Positions 22,208 through 33,730 of a DNA stretch of 64,000 bases are shown piece after piece (within the stretch, counting starts at the first letter, position 1; each line of letters begins with the position of its first letter). The position numbers were made by a program, and so were the translations under genes. Under the pieces are notes generated by a model that saw only the letters and a list, made by a program, of their open reading frames with translations, made no database searches and had not been told where the DNA came from. Source of the stretch: Escherichia coli. Its GTDB lineage: Bacteria; Pseudomonadota; Gammaproteobacteria; Enterobacterales; Enterobacteriaceae. The DNA is taken from the NCBI RefSeq assembly GCF_044647545.1, contig NZ_CP172818.1, one strand, 5' to 3'.

Positions 22208-23518
22208 TTATCTGGCCTTGCTCGCCATAATCTCGATAATCTGCCGATCCGTTTGCTGCATCGAATGGCTTGCTAACGCACACAGGTTGGCAATCGACTG
22301 CTCAACATCATGCGCCACGATTCCTTCATTGCCGGTCACTGCGGTATCATCCAGCGCCATTAACACCGCTTTCCACGCAGCCGAAGCACTGGTCGAAACC
22401 TTCATCGCGCAGCTGTTCGACGCTCCATCGCAAATCATGCCGCTGACATCGCCGATCATACTGCTGATCGCCATCGAGATGGTTTCATAACGCCCATCCA
22501 CCAGCCATGCCATCCCGGCGGCGGCCCCCATTGCTGCGGTCGTTGCGGCACAAAGCGCAGACAAACGCGGTAACTGGTTATGGATGTAAATCGCGCTCAA
22601 ATGCGAAAGCATCAGCGCACGCGCCAGCCGTTCATCATCCGCTCCGAAGTGTTCTGCTACCACCACCACAGGCATTGTTGCGGTGATCCCCTGGTTACCC
22701 GAGCCGGAGTTACTCATTGCCGGAAGCGTAGCGCCGCCCATACGCGCATCGGATGCCGCGCTGGTACGAATCACAATGGATGAAGAGAGATCTTTCGCCA
22801 GCAAACCGCGCGCGCACTGTTTTTCCAGCGTCGCACCAATATGCAGCCCCCAGTTACCGCTCAAACCTTCCTGCGATAACGCACAATTTAACTTCGCAGA
22901 ATCGAGAATAAAGCGGATCGCCGCAAACGGGACCTCATTGACGAACTTCAGGATCTCAGCCAGCGTCGTCCTGGAAAGCACCGTCAGCGGCGACTCTTGC
23001 TCGCCCTCTGTCACACACGCCTGCTGGGTAAACACCACACCATTGTGCGTCTCAATATGCACAATGTTGGTATGCCCGCCGACAATGGTGACACACGCCC
23101 ACTTCTCACCGTTCCAGACTTTGGCGCGTGAGAAGAGGATTTCATCGCAAGGTTCCTGGATCTTAACTGAGACTTTCCCCGCCGCCAGCAGTGCTTTGGC
23201 ATCGGCAATTGCCTGCGCAGTTGCATCTTTCAGCACTTCCAGCCCGGCGTTAGCATTTCCACCTAACGCTCCCAGCGCCGCCGCAATCGGCAGCCCCACC
23301 ATTCCCGTGCCGGGAACGGTGACGCCCAGACCGTTCTTCATCAGATTTGGCGAAACCCAGGCTTCTACACGTTCAACCGGACCTTCCAGTTCTGCCGCAG
23401 CAACCGCCGCCGCCAGCGCCAGTGAAATCGGTTCAGTACATCCCAGCGCCGGTTTTACTTCCTCCTGAACGGCGAGGATGTAACGCTGCCATAACGGATT
23501 TAAAGTCGAATCAAACAT
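22208..23518 (-). CDS. cyuA: L-cysteine desulfidase
   Basis: 436 aa ORF (yhaM). Confidence 0.9.
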   Translation of the reverse strand: MFDSTLNPLWQRYILAVQEEVKPALGCTEPISLALAAAVAAAELEGPVERVEAWVSPNLMKNGLGVTVPGTGMVGLPIAAALGALGGNANAGLEVLKDATAQAIADAKALLAAGKVSVKIQEPCDEILFSRAKVWNGEKWACVTIVGGHTNIVHIETHNGVVFTQQACVTEGEQESPLTVLSRTTLAEILKFVNEVPFAAIRFILDSAKLNCALSQEGLSGNWGLHIGATLEKQCARGLLAKDLSSSIVIRTSAASDARMGGATLPAMSNSGSGNQGITATMPVVVVAEHFGADDERLARALMLSHLSAIYIHNQLPRLSALCAATTAAMGAAAGMAWLVDGRYETISMAISSMIGDVSGMICDGASNSCAMKVSTSASAAWKAVLMALDDTAVTGNEGIVAHDVEQSIANLCALASHSMQQTDRQIIEIMASKAR

Positions 23519-23545
23519 ATTAAAAACCTTAAAATTTCAGGTAAA

Positions 23546-23931
23546 TCAAGAAAATGCCAGGAACGGAGAAACACAAAGCAACAAACCAGTGACGATAATC
23601 AGGTACAGAGACATCCCTTTGTATTTGTGCAATGCCGGTACTTTGTAAACCAGCCACGCCGGGATCAGGCACCCTACCATGCCGAAAATCGGGCTACAGA
23701 TAGAGGTGAAGCTCAACACCGGTGCGTTCAGTACGATGGCGCTCCAGGCCAGCAAAATGGCGAAAATCATGATGCCGCGCTGAACGAGATTTTCGTTAAT
23801 CTTCTCGGCAGGCATCTTGCGACGCAGGATGTTCATTACGATCCCTTGCGTTGCTTCGCGAAAGCCTAAATAGACGCCAAAAAACGCGGTCATTACTGCA
23901 AAGATATTGAGAATGACGCTGACCCTTTCAC
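23546..23931 (-). pseudogene. cyuP: 3' fragment of the cysteine transporter gene cyuP (yhaO); 5' part replaced by anomalous sequence
   Basis: Reading frame ends ...VSVILNIFAVMTAFFGVYLGFREATQG...LLLCVSPFLAFS; upstream of codon ~23931 the frame runs into G/P/W-rich low-complexity translation. Confidence 0.75.
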
Positions 23932-24645
<714 letters not shown>

Positions 24646-24893
24646 TTACCGAAAGCGTCAAAGAAAATGCTTATCTTATCGATCCAAAAATTAATTACAA
24701 TACAGATTTAAACATAGAGGATTCTAGCTCAGAGGAATTCCTTTCAGATAATACACTAGAGAAAGACGAAAATTCTCCTGACAATTGCTTTGAGGTCGTA
24801 AAATATAACACATATGAAGCTTATAACTCAGAGAAGCAATATTTTACCAGAGAGGACTATACGTATGATTACGACCTTTTAAATGCAATATAG
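24646..24893 (+). pseudogene. AT-rich 3' gene fragment, possibly the end of yhaC
   Basis: In-frame translation ...ENAYLIDPKINYNTDLNIEDSSSEEFLSDNTLEKDENSPDNCFEVVKYNTYEAYNSEKQYFTREDYTYDYDLLNAI*; position just upstream of the rnpB terminators; identity to yhaC not verified. Confidence 0.3.
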
Positions 24894-24949
24894 ACTTAAT
24901 AATTTCTTACAAAGTCTATTATTAATACCGTAGATATTTATTCATCTTA

Positions 24950-25025
24950 CTCCAAAAGCAAAAACCCGCCGAAGCGGGTTTTTATAAAGCTCCAAAAGCA
25001 AAAACCCGCCGAAGCGGGTTTTTAC
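24950..25025 (-). terminator. Tandem direct repeats each carrying a hairpin terminator downstream of rnpB
   Basis: Two copies of ctccaaaagcaaaaacccgccgaagcgggttttta (24950-24987, 24990-25025); on the minus strand cccgcttcggcggg followed by a T run. Confidence 0.7.
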
Positions 25026-25032
25026 GTAAAAC

Positions 25033-25409
<377 letters not shown>

Positions 25410-25441
25410 GGCGCGCAGTATAGAGGGTTTGCGCGCCCTTG

Positions 25442-26587
25442 TCACCCCGCGTTGCGCATTCCAATCGCCAGTGTCGCGGCGATATTACGTGAAGCACGGT
25501 AAATATTGTCATAAGCCCCGCGGAATGCTTCGTCCAACGTACCAATACTGGTCAATACGCTGAAGACCGCATCAATGCCATGCTGATGTACAACGCCAAC
25601 ATCATTGGTCAGGCTACCCGCAATGCCAATCACCGGTTTATGGTACTTTTTCGCCACGTTTGCGACGCCAATCGGAACCTTGCCGTGTATACTCTGGCTG
25701 TCAATACGCCCTTCACCGGTGATCACCAGCGTACAATCGTGAATATGTTCCTCCAGATTCAGCGCCGTAGTGACGATTTCAATACCACTTTTCAGTTCCG
25801 CACCAAGAAACGCCATTAGCGCCGCGCCCATACCACCCGCAGCTCCTGCGCCGGGGACATCTTTCACATCAACATGCAGCGCTTTTTTAATGACATCGGC
25901 ATAGTGAGAGAGGTTATTGTCCAGCTCAACAATCATCGCTTCACTGGCTCCCTTTTGTGGGCCAAAGATGCGCGATGCGCCGTTATCGCCCACCAGCGGA
26001 TTGGTGACATCACAAGCGACGCGAATGACGCAATCTTTTAAGCGCGGATCGAGGCCGGAAATATCAATATCATTCAGAGTATTAAGACTACCGCCGCCAA
26101 AACCAATTTCATTGCCGTTGGCGTCGCATAATTTCGCCCCCAGCGCCTGTACCATGCCTGCACCGCCATCATTTGTAGCGCTACCGCCAATGCCGATAAT
26201 AATGTTTGTCGCGCCGCTCTCCAGCGCCTGCAGAATTAACTCGCCTGTGCCGCGTGAAGTGGTCACGAGTGGATCACGTTTTTCCGCAGGTACCAGCTCC
26301 AGCCCACTGGCCGCCGCCATTTCAATAAACGCGGTTTTGCCATCGCCGGAGATCCCCCAACTGGCATTCACCTTCTCGCCCAGCGGCCCTGTAACCCAGG
26401 CGTGACGTTCGGAACCCTGGGTGGCTGCAATCATCGCTTCCACCGTTCCTTCGCCACCGTCGGCAACAGGAACAGAAACGTACTGTGCATCAGGAAAAAT
26501 TTCCCGAAATCCTTTTTCTATCGCCTGCGCAACCTCGCTGGCAGATAAACTTTCTTTATAAGAGTCTGGGGCGATTACGATTTTCAT
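25442..26587 (-). CDS. garK: Glycerate 2-kinase
   Basis: Start at MKIVIAPDSYKESLS gives 381 aa. Confidence 0.9.
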   Translation of the reverse strand: MKIVIAPDSYKESLSASEVAQAIEKGFREIFPDAQYVSVPVADGGEGTVEAMIAATQGSERHAWVTGPLGEKVNASWGISGDGKTAFIEMAAASGLELVPAEKRDPLVTTSRGTGELILQALESGATNIIIGIGGSATNDGGAGMVQALGAKLCDANGNEIGFGGGSLNTLNDIDISGLDPRLKDCVIRVACDVTNPLVGDNGASRIFGPQKGASEAMIVELDNNLSHYADVIKKALHVDVKDVPGAGAAGGMGAALMAFLGAELKSGIEIVTTALNLEEHIHDCTLVITGEGRIDSQSIHGKVPIGVANVAKKYHKPVIGIAGSLTNDVGVVHQHGIDAVFSVLTSIGTLDEAFRGAYDNIYRASRNIAATLAIGMRNAG

Positions 26588-26683
26588 ACCTATGCCTGTT
26601 ACCACATGACGCCGGAGGGCGTTTCTCTTATTCGGCCTGGATTCCAGGCCCGGATTGCAATACGCCATCCGGGCACGACGTCA

Positions 26684-27568
26684 TTAACGAGTAACTTCGA
26701 CTTTCGCCAGTTTTTCGTAGTAGCACGCCAGGGCGCTATGATCTGCCGTTCCTAAACCATCTGCTCGCAGTGCCTGCATCATCTCCATAACCGCAGCTGT
26801 GAGCGGCAGTTGCGCGCCGACGCCGTGGGAAGTATCCAGCGCATTTGCCAGATCCTTAATATGCAGATCAATACGGAAGCCCGGCTTGAAGTTGCGGTCC
26901 ATCACCATCGGCGCTTTGGCATCCAGCACGGTACTGCCCGCCAGTCCACCGCGAATTGCCTGATACACCAAATCCGGGTTAACGCCCGCTTTGGTTGCCA
27001 GCGTTAACGCTTCTGACATCGCGGCAATATTCAGCGCCACAATGACCTGATTCGCCAGTTTGGTAACGTTACCTGCACCAATTTCCCCGGTATGCACCAC
27101 GGAACCCGCCATTGCTTTCATCAAATCATAGTATTTGTCGAAAATAGCCTTGTCGCCGCCCACCATCACTGACAGCGTACCGTCGATAGCTTTCGGTTCA
27201 CCGCCGCTCACCGGAGCATCCAGCATATCAATGCCTTTCGCTTTCAGCGCTTCGCTGATTTCACGGCTTGCCAGCGGTGCGATAGAACTCATATCGATCA
27301 ATACCGTACCAGGCTTCGCGCCTTCAATAATCCCATTCTCACCCAGCGCCACCTCTTTCACATGAGGGGAGTTTGGCAGCATGGTTATGATGACGTCGCA
27401 CTGTTCAGCGATCGCTTTAGCCGTAGAGGCTGTTTCTGCACCTGCAGCAATCACGTCAGCAATAGCTTCTGGGTTACGGTCAGCAACCACCAGCGAGTAA
27501 CCTGCTTTCAGAAGGTTTTTACTCATTGGTTTACCCATAATCCCCAGGCCAATAAAACCAACTTTCAT
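26684..27568 (-). CDS. garR: Tartronate semialdehyde reductase
   Basis: Start at MKVGFIGLGIMG (NAD-binding GxGxxG) gives 294 aa; alternative ATGs 2 to 5 codons upstream. Confidence 0.85.
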   Translation of the reverse strand: MKVGFIGLGIMGKPMSKNLLKAGYSLVVADRNPEAIADVIAAGAETASTAKAIAEQCDVIITMLPNSPHVKEVALGENGIIEGAKPGTVLIDMSSIAPLASREISEALKAKGIDMLDAPVSGGEPKAIDGTLSVMVGGDKAIFDKYYDLMKAMAGSVVHTGEIGAGNVTKLANQVIVALNIAAMSEALTLATKAGVNPDLVYQAIRGGLAGSTVLDAKAPMVMDRNFKPGFRIDLHIKDLANALDTSHGVGAQLPLTAAVMEMMQALRADGLGTADHSALACYYEKLAKVEVTR

Positions 27569-27603
27569 AGTCATATCAATCATCTCTCTTGTTGCGGTGG
27601 TGG

Positions 27604-28374
27604 TTATTTTTTAAAGGTATCAGCCAGTTTCTGAGTGGCAGAGCGGAAGACGCCGAGATCGCTGCCGACAGCCACAAACGTCGCCCCCCATTCCAGATAA
27701 CGACGCGCATCGGCTTCGACCGGTGCGAGGATACCGCTGGGTTTGCCGTGCGCACTGGCACGGTTAAAAATATGCTGAATTGCTTTTTGTACATCCGGGT
27801 GCGAGGCATTGCCGAGATGGCCTAATGCCGCAGCCAGATCGCTGGGGCCGACGAAGATACCGTCTACGCCTTCGGTAGCGGCAATGGCATCGACGTTATC
27901 TACGCCCTGCTGACTTTCTATCTGGACCAGAATGGTGATGTTCTTGTTCGACTGAGCGAAATAATCCGCCACGGTGCCAAACATATTGGCGCGGTGAGAA
28001 ACGGAGACGCCGCGAATGCCTTCCGGTGGGTAACGGGTTGATGCCACCGCCTGCTCTGCTTCCTCTTTTGTTTCTACAAAAGGAATCAGGAAGTTATAGA
28101 AACCGATATCCAGAAGACGCTTAATAATTACCGGCTCGTTGGTCGGCACTCGTACTACTGGCGCGCTGGCGCTGCCTTTCAGGGCCATTAACTGCGGAAT
28201 AAACGTGGAGATATCGTTTGGCGCATGTTCGCCATCCAGCACCAGCCAGTCAAACCCAGCCAAACCAAGAACTTCAGTGCTAATCGGGTTAGAGAGTGCT
28301 GACCAGCAACCAATTTGTACCTGTTTCGCAGCCAGTGCGGCTTTGAATTTATTCGGGAAAACATCGTTATTCAT
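27604..28374 (-). CDS. garL: 5-keto-4-deoxy-D-glucarate aldolase
   Basis: 256 aa ORF. Confidence 0.9.
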
Positions 28375-28389
28375 CGCTTATACCTTTGC

Positions 28390-29724
28390 TTATTTCTGCA
28401 ATTCCATACGTTTAATGTCGCCGACTACGAAGAGGTAGCAGACCATCGCCATCAGCGCTGAACATCCCACGAAAACCAGTGCTGCATTGAAGGAGTGCAA
28501 TTCACTTACCAGGTAGCCAATCACCAGTGGAGTGACAATGGAGGCAACATTGCCAAAGACGTTAAAGACGCCGCCGCAGAGACCAACAATCTCTTTCGGC
28601 GCGGTGTCAGAAATCACTGGCCAGCCCAGCGCACCAAATCCTTTGCCAAAGAAAGCCAGCGCCATCAGCATGACCACCAGCGTGGTGTTGTTGGTGTAGT
28701 TACATAAGATAATGGTGGAAGCCAGCAACATTCCCAGCACAATCGGTAGCTTACGTGCCAGGGTCAGGGACAAACCGCGTTTGATCAGATAATCCGAGAA
28801 GACACCTCCCAGTACGCCGCCCGCAAAGCCACACAGTGCCGGAATCGAGGCGACCAGACCCACTTTCAGAATCGACATGCCTTTTTCCTGAACCAGATAA
28901 ATTGGGAACCAGGTGAGGAAGAACCAGGTGATGGTGTTGATAAAATATTGTCCGAAAAATACGCCCAGCATCATGCGGTTAGAGAGCAATTGCTTGATGT
29001 AATGCAGTTTGGGACCGCTTGCTGCCGCACTGCCCGGCTTTTTGTGGTCCATATCGACCACCGCGCCATTTTCTGAGATAAACTTCAGCTCTTCCGCAGA
29101 CATACGTGGGTGATCTGTCGGGTTATGAATCAACTTGATCCACAGCGCCGTCAGCACAAAACCAATCACCCCCATAACGGTGAAGACGTGCTCCCAGCCC
29201 CAGGCGAAAGTCAGCCAGCCAAGCAGCGGCGAAAAGAGCGCCAGCGAGAAATATTGCGCCGAGTTAAAGATGGCGGAGGCAGTACCACGTTCTTTCGTTG
29301 GGAACCAGGCGGCGACAATACGGGCGTTCGCCGGAAATGATGGCGCTTCCGAGAACCCCAGCATAAAGCGCATAAAGAACATGGAGATCCCTGCCCAGGC
29401 CAGCGGGAACATATCAACAAAGCCTTGCAGGAAGGTGAACAGCGACCAGAAAAAGAGGCTGTAGGTGTAAACTTTTTTCGAGCCAAACTTATCAAGCAGC
29501 CAGCCGCCGGGAATTTGCATCAGCAGGTAGGCCCAGCCAAAAGCGGAGAAGATGTAACCCATCGAAACCGCACTTAACTGCAACTCTTTTGCCACTTCGG
29601 TACCAGCAATAGACAGCGTTGCACGATCGGCGTAGTTAACGGCGGTAACAATAAAAATAATCAGTAATATTAAATAGCGGGTATGCACGCCTTTCTTTTT
29701 TACGTCAACGGTGTCCAGAATCAT
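28390..29724 (-). CDS. garP: Galactarate/glucarate/glycerate transporter (MFS)
   Basis: 444 aa membrane ORF. Confidence 0.9.
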   Translation of the reverse strand: MILDTVDVKKKGVHTRYLILLIIFIVTAVNYADRATLSIAGTEVAKELQLSAVSMGYIFSAFGWAYLLMQIPGGWLLDKFGSKKVYTYSLFFWSLFTFLQGFVDMFPLAWAGISMFFMRFMLGFSEAPSFPANARIVAAWFPTKERGTASAIFNSAQYFSLALFSPLLGWLTFAWGWEHVFTVMGVIGFVLTALWIKLIHNPTDHPRMSAEELKFISENGAVVDMDHKKPGSAAASGPKLHYIKQLLSNRMMLGVFFGQYFINTITWFFLTWFPIYLVQEKGMSILKVGLVASIPALCGFAGGVLGGVFSDYLIKRGLSLTLARKLPIVLGMLLASTIILCNYTNNTTLVVMLMALAFFGKGFGALGWPVISDTAPKEIVGLCGGVFNVFGNVASIVTPLVIGYLVSELHSFNAALVFVGCSALMAMVCYLFVVGDIKRMELQK

Positions 29725-30098
29725 TTTATTTACCTCGGGTACTTATGCTGATTTTTATTATTATGGGGAAGGTGTTATTTATGAGTTTTATTTATGCCGT
29801 TACGGCAATGAACTCGGGAATTAGTATAAGCAGCGCGAGAATAATAATCATTGTGCAAATGCTAATTTAATTAATACTATTTAAATATTATTTTGAGCAT
29901 ATGCACATAAGGTTGCGCGCTAAAGCACAGATTTGCGCTTTACCTTGCCGGACGGCACTGCAATCCCTGAAATGATTGACATTGATCACATTTCTGCGTT
30001 TAAACTCCTGACATTCTTATTTCACCCAATGAAGTCATTTATTTTTAAATGAGACCAGGTCCTCATTTTAATAACCCCTGGCTGGAGAATATTGCACA

Positions 30099-31670
30099 AT
30101 GGCCAACATCGAAATCAGACAAGAAACGCCAACTGCGTTTTATATAAAAGTTCACGACACAGATAATGTGGCAATTATTGTTAATGATAATGGCCTGAAA
30201 GCAGGAACGCGTTTTCCGGATGGGCTGGAATTAATTGAACATATTCCCCATGGGCATAAAGTCGCATTGCTGGACATTCCAGCTAATGGTGAAATTATTC
30301 GTTATGGCGAAGTGATTGGTTACGCCGTGCGCGCAATCCCACGCGGAAGCTGGATCGACGAATCAATGGTTGTACTACCGGAAGCGCCGCCGTTACACAC
30401 GCTGCCACTGGCAACCAAAGTCCCGGAACCCTTACCGCCGCTGGAAGGATACACCTTTGAGGGCTATCGCAATGCCGATGGCAGCGTGGGCACTAAAAAC
30501 CTGCTCGGCATCACCACCAGCGTCCACTGTGTAGCAGGCGTGGTGGACTATGTAGTAAAAATCATTGAACGCGATCTGCTACCGAAATACCCGAACGTCG
30601 ATGGCGTGGTGGGGCTGAATCATTTGTACGGCTGTGGCGTGGCGATTAACGCACCGGCGGCAGTTGTGCCTATTCGTACCATCCACAATATTTCGCTGAA
30701 CCCTAACTTTGGCGGCGAAGTAATGGTGATTGGTCTGGGTTGTGAAAAGTTGCAGCCTGAGCGCCTGCTGACTGGAACGGATGATGTGCAAGCTATTCCA
30801 GTAGAAAGCGCCAGCATTGTCAGTTTGCAGGATGAAAAGCATGTCGGCTTTCAGTCCATGGTCGAGGATATTTTGCAGGTCGCCGAACGCCATTTGCACA
30901 AACTGAATCGACGGCAGCGAGAAACCTGTCCGGCTTCAGAACTGGTTGTCGGCATGCAGTGCGGTGGCAGCGATGCGTTTTCTGGCGTAACGGCAAACCC
31001 GGCGGTTGGGTATGCGTCTGATCTACTGGTGCGCTGCGGCGCAACGGTGATGTTTTCAGAAGTCACGGAAGTGCGTGACGCGATCCATCTGCTGACACCA
31101 CGCGCAGTGAACGAAGAGGTCGGCAAACGGCTGCTGGAGGAGATGGAGTGGTACGATAACTATCTCAATATGGGAAAAACCGACCGCAGCGCCAACCCTT
31201 CGCCGGGCAACAAGAAAGGCGGTCTGGCAAATGTGGTGGAGAAGGCACTCGGCTCCATTGCGAAATCGGGTAAAAGTGCGATTGTTGAAGTGCTGTCGCC
31301 TGGTCAACGCCCGACTAAACGCGGATTAATTTACGCCGCGACGCCAGCCAGCGATTTTGTCTGTGGCACGCAACAGGTGGCTTCGGGTATCACCGTGCAA
31401 GTGTTTACGACCGGTCGTGGTACGCCGTACGGCCTGATGGCGGTACCCGTCATTAAAATGGCAACCCGCACCGAGCTGGCGAACCGCTGGTTTGATTTAA
31501 TGGATATTAATGCGGGCACCATCGCTACCGGCGAAGAAACTATTGAAGAGGTGGGCTGGAAGTTGTTCCACTTTATTCTCGACGTCGCCAGCGGGAAGAA
31601 GAAAACCTTCTCAGATCAATGGGGACTGCATAACCAGCTGGCGGTGTTTAACCCAGCACCGGTGACCTGA
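30099..31670 (+). CDS. garD: Galactarate dehydratase
   Basis: 523 aa ORF, divergent from garPLRK. Confidence 0.9.
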   Translation: MANIEIRQETPTAFYIKVHDTDNVAIIVNDNGLKAGTRFPDGLELIEHIPHGHKVALLDIPANGEIIRYGEVIGYAVRAIPRGSWIDESMVVLPEAPPLHTLPLATKVPEPLPPLEGYTFEGYRNADGSVGTKNLLGITTSVHCVAGVVDYVVKIIERDLLPKYPNVDGVVGLNHLYGCGVAINAPAAVVPIRTIHNISLNPNFGGEVMVIGLGCEKLQPERLLTGTDDVQAIPVESASIVSLQDEKHVGFQSMVEDILQVAERHLHKLNRRQRETCPASELVVGMQCGGSDAFSGVTANPAVGYASDLLVRCGATVMFSEVTEVRDAIHLLTPRAVNEEVGKRLLEEMEWYDNYLNMGKTDRSANPSPGNKKGGLANVVEKALGSIAKSGKSAIVEVLSPGQRPTKRGLIYAATPASDFVCGTQQVASGITVQVFTTGRGTPYGLMAVPVIKMATRTELANRWFDLMDINAGTIATGEETIEEVGWKLFHFILDVASGKKKTFSDQWGLHNQLAVFNPAPVT

Positions 31671-31693
31671 TTTCTTTTGGAACGTCCCTCGCA

Positions 31694-31720
31694 AAACATG
31701 GCCTTAGTGCCATGTTTTTA
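31694..31720 (+). terminator. Rho-independent terminator after garD
   Basis: aaacatggc-cttagt-gccatgttttt. Confidence 0.6.
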
Positions 31721-31818
31721 TTGTTTAAAGCCCCCACGACCATTAATAATGCATTTGCATTACCTTAGTTCAAGCTTATAATTTGAGCAGAAAACAGGCT
31801 GTAAAAGGACAGTGAATC

Positions 31819-32154
31819 ATGCCCGCTAATGCTCGCTCTCACGCTGTACTGACCACTGAATCAAAGGTCACGATACGCGGACAAACAACTATCCCCGCGC
31901 CAGTGCGTGAGGCCTTAAAACTGAAGCCAGGCCTGGACAGCATTCATTACGAAATTCTGCCTGGTGGGCAAGTATTTATGTGCCGACTGGGAGATGAACA
32001 GGAGGATCATACTATGAATGCATTTTTGCGTTTTCTGGATGCAGATATCCAGAACAACCCGCAAAAAACTCGTCCATTCAACATTCAACAAGGAAAGAAA
32101 CTTGTCGCTGGCATGGACGTCAACATTGATGATGAGATTGGCGACGACGAATAA
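31819..32154 (+). CDS. prlF: PrlF (SohA) antitoxin, AbrB/SpoVT-type
   Basis: 111 aa ORF; stop overlaps the yhaV start. Confidence 0.9.
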   Translation: MPANARSHAVLTTESKVTIRGQTTIPAPVREALKLKPGLDSIHYEILPGGQVFMCRLGDEQEDHTMNAFLRFLDADIQNNPQKTRPFNIQQGKKLVAGMDVNIDDEIGDDE

Positions 32155-32618
32155 TGGATTTTCCACAAAGGGTTAATGGTTGGGCGCTATATGCTCATCC
32201 CTGTTTTCAGGAAACCTACGACGCTTTAGTTGCCGAAGTCGAGACATTAAAGGGAAAAGATCCTGAAAATTATCAGAGAAAAGCCGCCACAAAGTTATTG
32301 GCGGTAGTCCATAAAGTGATTGAGGAGCATATCACGGTCAATCCATCATCACCGGCATTCCGTCATGGCAAGTCGTTAGGCTCTGGGAAAAATAAAGACT
32401 GGTCACGGGTAAAATTTGGTGCTGGTCGTTATCGTCTCTTCTTTCGTTACAGCGAAAAAGAGAAAGTCATCATTCTGGGATGGATGAACGATGAAAACAC
32501 GCTGCGCACCTACGGTAAAAAAACAGATGCCTATACCGTATTCAGCAAAATGTTAAAAAGAGGACATCCTCCTGCCGACTGGGAAACCCTCACCCGAGAG
32601 ACAGAAGAAACCCATTGA
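32154..32618 (+). CDS. yhaV: YhaV toxin (ribonuclease)
   Basis: 154 aa ORF immediately downstream of prlF. Confidence 0.9.
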   Translation: MDFPQRVNGWALYAHPCFQETYDALVAEVETLKGKDPENYQRKAATKLLAVVHKVIEEHITVNPSSPAFRHGKSLGSGKNKDWSRVKFGAGRYRLFFRYSEKEKVIILGWMNDENTLRTYGKKTDAYTVFSKMLKRGHPPADWETLTRETEETH

Positions 32619-32672
32619 TGGTATTCACAATGCCCGCCGAACGCATTCGTGTTGACCAGCGGGCACCCTTTC

Positions 32673-33482
32673 TCACTCCCCGACCAGAATCACTTCAACC
32701 CCAGCCTTTCGCAGTCCTTCCAGACTATCCGCAGGAATGCCTTCATCAACAATGATCATGTCGATACGTTGAGTATCAATGATCTTATGTAAACTGGAAC
32801 GGTTGAACTTACTGGAATCGGTGACCACGATGATCCGTTCCGCAACTTCGCACATCCGACGGTTTAAACGGGCTTCATCTTCATTATGCGTGCTGACGCC
32901 GCGCTCCAGATCGATCGCATCTACACCAAGAAACAGCATATCGAAGTGGTAATTTTGCAGCGATTGCTCAGCCTGATCACCGTAAAAAGATTGCGACTGA
33001 CGGCGCAAATGCCCCCCGGTCATCAGCAGCTCAACGCCTTCCGCTTCCAGCAACGCATTAGCCACGTTCATACCGTTGGTCATCGCAATTACGTCGGTGT
33101 GCTTGCGCATCAGACGAGCAATCTCAAAAGTGGTGGTCCCGGAGTCGAGGATCACCCGATGACCAGGCTGAATCAACTCAACGGCAGCTTTCGCAACGCT
33201 GCGTTTCATTGCGGTGTTCAGCGCGCTTTTATCTTCCACTGATGGCTCGACTGACGGCGTCGTGCTATCGCAGATCAACGCGCCGCCATAGGCACGCACA
33301 GCGATCCCCTGCTTTTCCAGAAACGCCAGATCGTTGCGGATCGTCACAGTAGATACACCATACAACGCCGATAGATCATTAACTTGCACACTCCCTTGCT
33401 GGCGCAGGCGTTGAATGATCTGCTCTCGTCGCTCACTGGTGCCTGTCACTCGCTTCTCGCCTGAAGCGTCGGTATTACTCAT
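32673..33482 (-). CDS. agaR: DeoR-family repressor of the aga operon
   Basis: 269 aa ORF. Confidence 0.9.
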
Positions 33483-33490
33483 AGTAAGTC

Positions 33491-33700
33491 CTTTCGTAAA
33501 ACTTTCGTTTCATTTCGTTTTGCCTATTAACGCCTTTCTATTAAGCAAATGCAAGCCCACCTTACCCATTGGCGCAAGCTACTCTCGTTTCAGTGGCTTT
33601 CATTATGTTTCTTTTGTGAATCAGATCAGAAAACTATTATCTTTCGTTTTATTTTTATCTCACCATGGCGCAGTATCAACTGAAACAAAACGAAAGATTA
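33491..33700. promoter_or_regulatory. agaR-kbaZ divergent control region with repeated CTTTCGTTT-type motifs (putative AgaR operators)
   Basis: ctttcgtaaaactttcgtttcatttcgtttt (33491-33521), ctttcgttttatttttatc (33641-33659), aaaacgaaagat (33687-33698). Confidence 0.5.
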
Positions 33701-33730
33701 ATATCGCAGTAATCTGAACTGGAGAGGAAA

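Noticed and set aside
22683-23468. 261-aa ORF on the plus strand
   Set aside because: Antisense shadow of cyuA.
24950-25025. Possible CRISPR-like repeat array
   Set aside because: Only two direct repeats, each a terminator hairpin; no spacer architecture and no cas genes. These are the rnpB terminator repeats.
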